A stretch of 64,000 nt of DNA from the IMG/VR virus record IMGVR_UViG_3300027917_000018, positions 138,976-202,975 of that record. One strand, 5' to 3'. This DNA is from a virus. Its lineage: Duplodnaviria > Caudoviricetes. A model generated the notes under the pieces. That model was not told the DNA's origin. It did not search any database and saw only the letters and a program-made list of their open reading frames with translations. Position 1 is the first letter of the stretch. Each line of letters starts with the position of its first letter. Positions 57,687 through 64,000 of the stretch are shown piece by piece. A program made the translations under genes and the position numbers.

Positions 57687-57737
57687 CGGAGATTGAATGG
57701 CCCTGCGCACGCTACCAAGAACACGTTCTCTATACCG

Positions 57738-60700
57738 ATGGCCGCCAAAGCAAAAACACCAGCCAAGACAAAAAGGGCCAAGCACGCTTTCGTTGACGCG
57801 GAGGGCGCTCCGCTCGACGTAGCCAAAATCAAGGCGGCCTACCGGCGCGTCCTCAAGCATCATCTTGGGGAAGTCGACGGGCAAACCGTTTACGACCCAG
57901 CGAACCCCTGCGGCGGCGTGCCGTTTGCCGCAGGGGAGGGCTCGCCGATCTGCAATGAGTGCTCGTTGCGCAATGCCGCGAGCGTAACGCCTTTCATACA
58001 TGCCACGGGCAGCGACGAGCCGAAGGTAACCGTCGTTTTTGATGGTGTCGGTAAATCCGAGGACAAAGCCGGTGCCCTGGGCGTCAGTGGGTGGATGAAG
58101 CACCTGAAGGACTCCGTGGAGCCGTACGCCATGAAAACCGGCGTGACGCTGGATGAAGTCCGGTGGGTGACCCTTACACGCTGCTGCAACCAGACCGGAA
58201 AGGCGATCGATCTGCGGAGCGCCGGGCAGCACTGCAAGCTTTTCTTCATGCAAGACCTTCAGAAGCATCCTCCCAAGGTCATCATACCGGTGGGCACCAC
58301 GGCGCTGGGGCTTCTGAATTACAAGAGCAACGCCCAGGATTGGCAAAACCGGGTGCTCCATTGGCGGGGCTGGCCGGATGATTGGCTGGTCAATCCAGAT
58401 TACGTCTTGCCGAGGCCCTACAGCAAGGACCCCAATGATCCGCGCACGATCACAGGCCACCCGCTTTTCGGGCCGCCGCCCGGACATAACGCCAAGATTC
58501 TGCTCTACCCGGTTCAGCATCCGCGCATTCCCTACATGATCAACAGCAAGGGAATCCTGAGAGACTATTACGATGGATTTGCCGATGGCTTGGCGCTCGC
58601 TTGCAAGGGCTACGTGGAGCCCAATTTTCTCCTACCGCACTACCGGCTCCTCACCGACCCTGACGAGGTTGAGCGGGAGCTGGCGTTCCTGATCGATCAT
58701 CCCGGTATCCGCGTCAGCTACGACACTGAAACGGAGGGTCTGCACCCTTGGACGGGCCAGAAGATCGTCTTCATGATGTTTCGCTACGACCATCCGGTGA
58801 CCGGGGAGCCGGTTGCCTTTGGATTTCCGTGGGACTACGGGGCCACCGACACCAGTCCGGCCAGTGAGCTGCGGCCTTATTTGGAGGACCTGAAGCCTGT
58901 AGTGTTGGAGGCGCTGTGCGCGTCTAAGATCATGGGGCATAACCTGACCTTCGACGTTTTGTTCACGCTGATCAGCCTCCATCGTATTGAGGATTTTGAC
59001 GCCATCGACAGCAAGGGCCGCGTTCGCGATTCATGGCGCGACCTCATGCGCATTCTGGAGGGCCTGGCCGACGCTGTGGATTACGATACGTGGCACATGG
59101 CCTATTGCCGCTTGCAGACGCGGGGAAGCCTCGGCTTGGAGATGCTCGCCTACGATTACGCCAAGCACCTGGCAGGCTACGAGGAGGAGATGTCGCTGCT
59201 GATCAAGCTCATGCCCGAGCTTCAGCCGGACAAAGGCGGCCATTACGCCCGATGCCCGAAGGACAAATGGGACAGCCATTTCAAGTCGTACGTGATGGGT
59301 GATGTCGAAGTGGTCCACGTCGCGCAGAAGAATCTGAAGCGGGAGCTGGAGCAGTCCGACGTTTACAGGATACCGCTGGCGCATCCGAAGATGCGCGGTT
59401 ACTTCCGGCGGTTCCGCACGCCGAATCGCGATTGGGTTTACGAAAACATCATGCGGCCTGCCAACCGGACCCTCATCAAAATGATGGGTCGGGGCGTGCG
59501 GATCGACACCAAGGAGCTGAAAACCTTGGAGGGCCAGCTTCCGCGTGAAATCCGTAAACTCAGGGACAAGATACGGGGCATCAAAGGCGGCGTGGTCGAT
59601 ACCTGGTGCGAGCAGATGCGGGCGGAGGACCCGCACAAAAACGACACCGAGCACCCGGAAAAGCAGTGGGACTTGGACTTGGAGAGCAAGGAGCAGCTTC
59701 GGCACATTCTGTTTGATCTGCTGGACATGCCCGTTCAACGGCTGACCAAGACGGGCCGCAAACTTTACGGTGAGGAGCCGCTGCGATGGCGCGAGAAAAT
59801 CTGCGCCGCCCTCAATATCGACCGGAATCACCAGTCCGAGGACCCATTGGACGCTGACAGCCAACAGGTCACCGAGACGCTTCGCAACAACGCTGCGGTC
59901 GACAAATTCACGCTGAACAAGCTCGCTGTGGATTTTCCAGATGCCCGCGTGCTGCTGGAGTACCGGAAGGTCCACAAGCTCTATACGACCTATGTCCGGC
60001 CTTTGCGAAACTACCGGTCGGCACTCGACAAGAAGGCCCGCACCGCTTTCCAGCACCTGTGCCCGGACGGCAACATCCACGCGCAGTTCATGCTGACGGG
60101 AACGCGGGGAGGCCGCTTGAGCTGCCGCGATCCCAACCTCCAACAGCTGCCCAAAAAGGGCGACGTGAAGAAGATGTACACCAGCCGGTTTGGCAAGGAC
60201 GGCTGCCTGTACGGCGCGGACTTCAGCCAGATTGAGCTGCGGCTGTTGGCAGCGGCCAGCGGCGACGCGGCAATGGTCGAAGCCTATGAGAAGGACATCG
60301 ACCTCCACACCCTGACAACAAGCCGGATTTTCAAACTGCCCTACGAGCACTTCAGCAAAGACCACATGAAGTGGCTGGTCGAACAGGGCAAGAGCGAAGA
60401 GTCCAAAGAGCTGTCGCTCAAGCGTGACATCGGCAAGACTGTGAACTTCTTGACGGGCTACGGCGGCGGGGCGATGGGGCTGCAAACGGTGCTGGCCGGT
60501 CGGGAGATTTACCGATCGATCGACGAATGCACGGAAATCATCGAGCTTTTCTTCGAGAGCTATCCAGCCGTCCGAGACCTGCTGGCTTTCTACAAGCAGT
60601 TCATCGAGGACAACCAGTGCGCCGTTTCGATTTTCGGGCGGGTCCGTCAGTTTAGCGAAGTCACCAGCGCCGATCGCCAGATTCGCTCCAAGGCGCTCCG

Positions 60701-61070
60701 GGCGGGCTGCAACCACCTGATCCAGTCCACAGCCTCGGACATGCTCTTGGTCTGCCTGGGTGTCATCGAGGAATGTATGCGCGAGGAGGGCCTGGATTCG
60801 ATCCTGACCCTGACGGTTCACGACAGCTTGGCCATTGACGCCCGGCGCTCGGAGCTGGACGCGATCCACGACATCGTCATGACCGTGCTGAACGACATGC
60901 CCAGCGTCTTCAAGGCGGTTTTCGGGGATGCCTACGACACAACCTGGATGATCGTGCCGTTCGTTGGGGACGCGGATGTAGGGCTCAACTACGGCCAAAT
61001 GCGGCCCATTGGCCGGGCGATGGACGTGGATTGGGACGAGGTTTTAGACCCGAGGACCAAGGCGGAGTAA
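57738..61070 (+). CDS. family A DNA polymerase with N-terminal UDG-like domain and 3'-5' exonuclease
   Basis: C..C.L / TRCC / PKVIIPVG UDG-like; YDTET exo I; DFSQIELR, RxxGKxxNF..GYG and VHDS pol motifs. Confidence 0.95.
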   Translation: MAAKAKTPAKTKRAKHAFVDAEGAPLDVAKIKAAYRRVLKHHLGEVDGQTVYDPANPCGGVPFAAGEGSPICNECSLRNAASVTPFIHATGSDEPKVTVVFDGVGKSEDKAGALGVSGWMKHLKDSVEPYAMKTGVTLDEVRWVTLTRCCNQTGKAIDLRSAGQHCKLFFMQDLQKHPPKVIIPVGTTALGLLNYKSNAQDWQNRVLHWRGWPDDWLVNPDYVLPRPYSKDPNDPRTITGHPLFGPPPGHNAKILLYPVQHPRIPYMINSKGILRDYYDGFADGLALACKGYVEPNFLLPHYRLLTDPDEVERELAFLIDHPGIRVSYDTETEGLHPWTGQKIVFMMFRYDHPVTGEPVAFGFPWDYGATDTSPASELRPYLEDLKPVVLEALCASKIMGHNLTFDVLFTLISLHRIEDFDAIDSKGRVRDSWRDLMRILEGLADAVDYDTWHMAYCRLQTRGSLGLEMLAYDYAKHLAGYEEEMSLLIKLMPELQPDKGGHYARCPKDKWDSHFKSYVMGDVEVVHVAQKNLKRELEQSDVYRIPLAHPKMRGYFRRFRTPNRDWVYENIMRPANRTLIKMMGRGVRIDTKELKTLEGQLPREIRKLRDKIRGIKGGVVDTWCEQMRAEDPHKNDTEHPEKQWDLDLESKEQLRHILFDLLDMPVQRLTKTGRKLYGEEPLRWREKICAALNIDRNHQSEDPLDADSQQVTETLRNNAAVDKFTLNKLAVDFPDARVLLEYRKVHKLYTTYVRPLRNYRSALDKKARTAFQHLCPDGNIHAQFMLTGTRGGRLSCRDPNLQQLPKKGDVKKMYTSRFGKDGCLYGADFSQIELRLLAAASGDAAMVEAYEKDIDLHTLTTSRIFKLPYEHFSKDHMKWLVEQGKSEESKELSLKRDIGKTVNFLTGYGGGAMGLQTVLAGREIYRSIDECTEIIELFFESYPAVRDLLAFYKQFIEDNQCAVSIFGRVRQFSEVTSADRQIRSKALRAGCNHLIQSTASDMLLVCLGVIEECMREEGLDSILTLTVHDSLAIDARRSELDAIHDIVMTVLNDMPSVFKAVFGDAYDTTWMIVPFVGDADVGLNYGQMRPIGRAMDVDWDEVLDPRTKAE

Positions 61071-61077
61071 TTAAGGC

Positions 61078-61314
61078 ATGAGCAGAGCGCGCCGTTTACT
61101 GGAACGAATCCTGGCCAGCCCGACCGAGGCCCCTCCAAAGCCAGGGGTCAAGCCGGGTAAGCCGGAGACCAAGCCTGAGCGGCCTGTTCGTCCACCGCAA
61201 CCAGGCCGCCCCGATCCCTGGCGTCGCCGCGAAATCAAGCCTGGCGAAGAACCGCGTCCCCGCGCCAAGGGCTGCATGTTTACGGTAGGGGACCAAATCA
61301 CCCGACAGTCATGA
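61078..61314 (+). CDS. leader-family Pro/Lys-rich small protein I
   Basis: MSRARRLLE; PKPGVKPGKPETKP; GTAATTAAGG upstream. Confidence 0.6.
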   Translation: MSRARRLLERILASPTEAPPKPGVKPGKPETKPERPVRPPQPGRPDPWRRREIKPGEEPRPRAKGCMFTVGDQITRQS

Positions 61315-61487
61315 CCGGAACTGGAACAGGAGCCATCCCGACCGTTGAGCGCCCAATGCTCGTGGGGCTGTCCTTCTTGGCGCAAAAGAAGCGCAAAAAG
61401 CGCCGGGAGCAGGCCGAGGCGTTGGCCAAGGCTGTCCTGGAAGGCGATATTTCCAAGAGCAATGAGACGGGCAAGAGCGATAGTTGA
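61311..61487 (+). CDS. 58-aa ORF J with leader-like segment (not in ORF track)
   Basis: MTGTGTG...EQAEALAKAVLEGD; ATGA overlap. Confidence 0.45.
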   Translation: MTGTGTGAIPTVERPMLVGLSFLAQKKRKKRREQAEALAKAVLEGDISKSNETGKSDS

Positions 61488-62628
61488 AATGGCGCTAGGT
61501 CTCGGCGGTCTGCCGGACATCATCCACCCAAGCCACAAGCAAAAGCTGGCGACCGGCGAGCATGCCTTGGGCGGTAATCCGGCATTCTCTGATCCCTCCA
61601 AGCACGAGAAGCACGCGGGCCAGACCTACCAACAGGTCATGCGCAACGCGGAGCGCTACTACGGGCAGATGCCCCGTTCTCAGCGCGACGCCGTGATGAT
61701 GGCCGTTGAGGTCATGCAGGCGCTGGGCAGGATACAGCAGACCGAGGCCGAGCACCGGCCCGAGCTGGAACACCTGGCGGTCGAGACCGTGCTGCGAATG
61801 GACGAATTCAAGTCCCTCCGGCGAGCCCTGGAGCAGGGCAACTTGAAGATCGACGCGAAGCTCCAGCCGCAGCTTGAAATTCAGGGCACGGCGTTCTCCG
61901 ACGAGCCGCAGGAGGAGCCCGAGGAAATGGAGATTCCGCAGATTCGCCAGGAAATCGATCAGGCCATTCACAAGCGCAATTTCGTAAACGCATTGATTCA
62001 GGGCGCGGCCCTGACGAACAACTACGCTTGGTCCTATCACAGTCGCGACGAGCTTTCACAAATCGATCCCGACCTGCTGCGTGATTACGGGAAGCTGATG
62101 TCGGCCACCGAAGTCGGTTACTGGGTCCAAGGCGAGGAAGCCGTGCGCCAGGCGATGCAGGCGGGCGGCGAGCAGGCCCAGGTGGGTGATGCCAGGCTCA
62201 AATCCAATCCAGACGGCTCAGTGACCGTCCAGGCCCGTGGCGTGGCCTTTCCCATTCTCGTTCAGGAGCTGATCAAAGGCTTGATGGAGTACCTGTCGTT
62301 CGACGACGAGGAGGACCCTGAGACCCGCAAGCTTGTTCACAGCAAGTCTGATTTCATCGATGCCGAGACAATCCAAATGATGCTGGGGCCGAGTCTTTGG
62401 AAGGAATTCTTGGATGCGGTCGGTGGTGATGCGCGGGAGGTCGTGCCCCACGTTTACGACCACATTGTCCGCATGCCCACCACCGAGTTCAACCAGCTCA
62501 TGCGCGGTCTGGTGGACGGCGACCCGGCAGCCAAGCGCCAGATGCACGACCTAGCCCAGCAGATAAAGCGGGAGGTCGGCGGTCAGGAAGAGGCGTTACG
62601 GATCGCCAAGAGGCTTCTTGGAGGTTAG
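61462..62628 (+). CDS. leader-family protein K (putative virion protein)
   Basis: MRRARAIVE; ARGVAFPILVQELIKG; MMLGPSLW. Confidence 0.7.
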   Translation: MRRARAIVEMALGLGGLPDIIHPSHKQKLATGEHALGGNPAFSDPSKHEKHAGQTYQQVMRNAERYYGQMPRSQRDAVMMAVEVMQALGRIQQTEAEHRPELEHLAVETVLRMDEFKSLRRALEQGNLKIDAKLQPQLEIQGTAFSDEPQEEPEEMEIPQIRQEIDQAIHKRNFVNALIQGAALTNNYAWSYHSRDELSQIDPDLLRDYGKLMSATEVGYWVQGEEAVRQAMQAGGEQAQVGDARLKSNPDGSVTVQARGVAFPILVQELIKGLMEYLSFDDEEDPETRKLVHSKSDFIDAETIQMMLGPSLWKEFLDAVGGDAREVVPHVYDHIVRMPTTEFNQLMRGLVDGDPAAKRQMHDLAQQIKREVGGQEEALRIAKRLLGG

Positions 62629-63110
62629 CCCTCGACCGACACCCTTTGGTTGCAGGTCTCACACAGGTAGATCAGCGTCATCCGCCCATCGCGCAGTTCC
62701 GAATGGATGGGCTGTGACTTGATCATGTTGTGGCAGTGGCCGCATTCGATCAGGTCTGTGCCGGGAGCCGGAGCGACGGGTGGCGCTGGCACAGGCTTTG
62801 GTGCTGGTTTTGCTGGCACTGGGGCGGGCTTGGGCTTGGGCCTCTCGAATATCTCCGGGCTTTTGGTCGCCCAAACGTTTTCGCCCTCGATGGTGTAGCT
62901 GGCGATGTTGGTGGCGGTCGTGGTCGCCATAGGTCCTCCCATCGTATGGGTGCCAGAGCCTGCCGGAAAGGTGATCGCGTAGTTCCAGGTTGTGTTTACG
63001 CTTTTGCGGAAGCGATTGATCGCCACCGCAAGGCAGCATAACATGAACGCAGCTGAAAGCTTCAGTAGAATGGTGCAAATAGCGTCAGCGTAAGGTATTA
63101 GCTCGTTCAT
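62625..63110 (-). CDS. membrane-anchored protein with C-terminal zinc ribbon
   Basis: N-terminal hydrophobic helix, Pro-rich linker, CGHC...CETC. Confidence 0.6.
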   Translation of the reverse strand: MNELIPYADAICTILLKLSAAFMLCCLAVAINRFRKSVNTTWNYAITFPAGSGTHTMGGPMATTTATNIASYTIEGENVWATKSPEIFERPKPKPAPVPAKPAPKPVPAPPVAPAPGTDLIECGHCHNMIKSQPIHSELRDGRMTLIYLCETCNQRVSVEG

Positions 63111-63143
63111 AAATTTTTTCAAAAATTGTTCAAAAGCCCTTGA

Positions 63144-64000
<857 letters not shown>

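Noticed and set aside
59031-60998. Long antisense ORFs (also 44154-45326, 55215-56411, 17475-18263 and the 57687-58520 part of the 595-aa ORF)
   Set aside because: Shadow frames of GC-rich genes with clear motifs on the other strand.
16254-61070. Inteins or group I introns in terL, dnaB or pol
   Set aside because: No C...HN-[CST] splice junctions or frame breaks seen; the HNH gene at 15538 is free-standing.

Overview
A 64-kb slice of a large (jumbo-type), GC-rich myovirus-like bacteriophage, tightly packed with ATGA/TAATG-coupled genes. Families were recognised by eye from motifs; no database searches were run. Recognisable genes: terminase large subunit, T4 gp6-like and gp53-like baseplate proteins, several tail-fibre/tail-tip genes, family A DNA polymerase with an N-terminal UDG-like domain, DnaB and DinG helicases, RuvC-like resolvase, MazG-like pyrophosphatase, NAD-dependent ligase (cut by the window end), a receiver-less sigma54 activator, an orphan receiver domain, a ~9-kb glycosyltransferase/methyltransferase cluster and a sigma70-driven early island. 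The most striking element is at 28403-28954 (-): a complete tRNA with a UUA (ochre) anticodon sits directly upstream of a Pth2 peptidyl-tRNA hydrolase frame that holds two in-frame UAA stops, 20 codons apart, each in the identical context TTC-ACG-TAA. The rest of the window uses the standard code. Other highlights: about 11 ORFs share an N-terminal leader resembling a capsid-targeting/prohead-protease signal, also repeated inside some ORFs; two start-proximal motifs look like leaderless late and middle promoters; and GTTTAC/GTAAAC is strongly over-represented.
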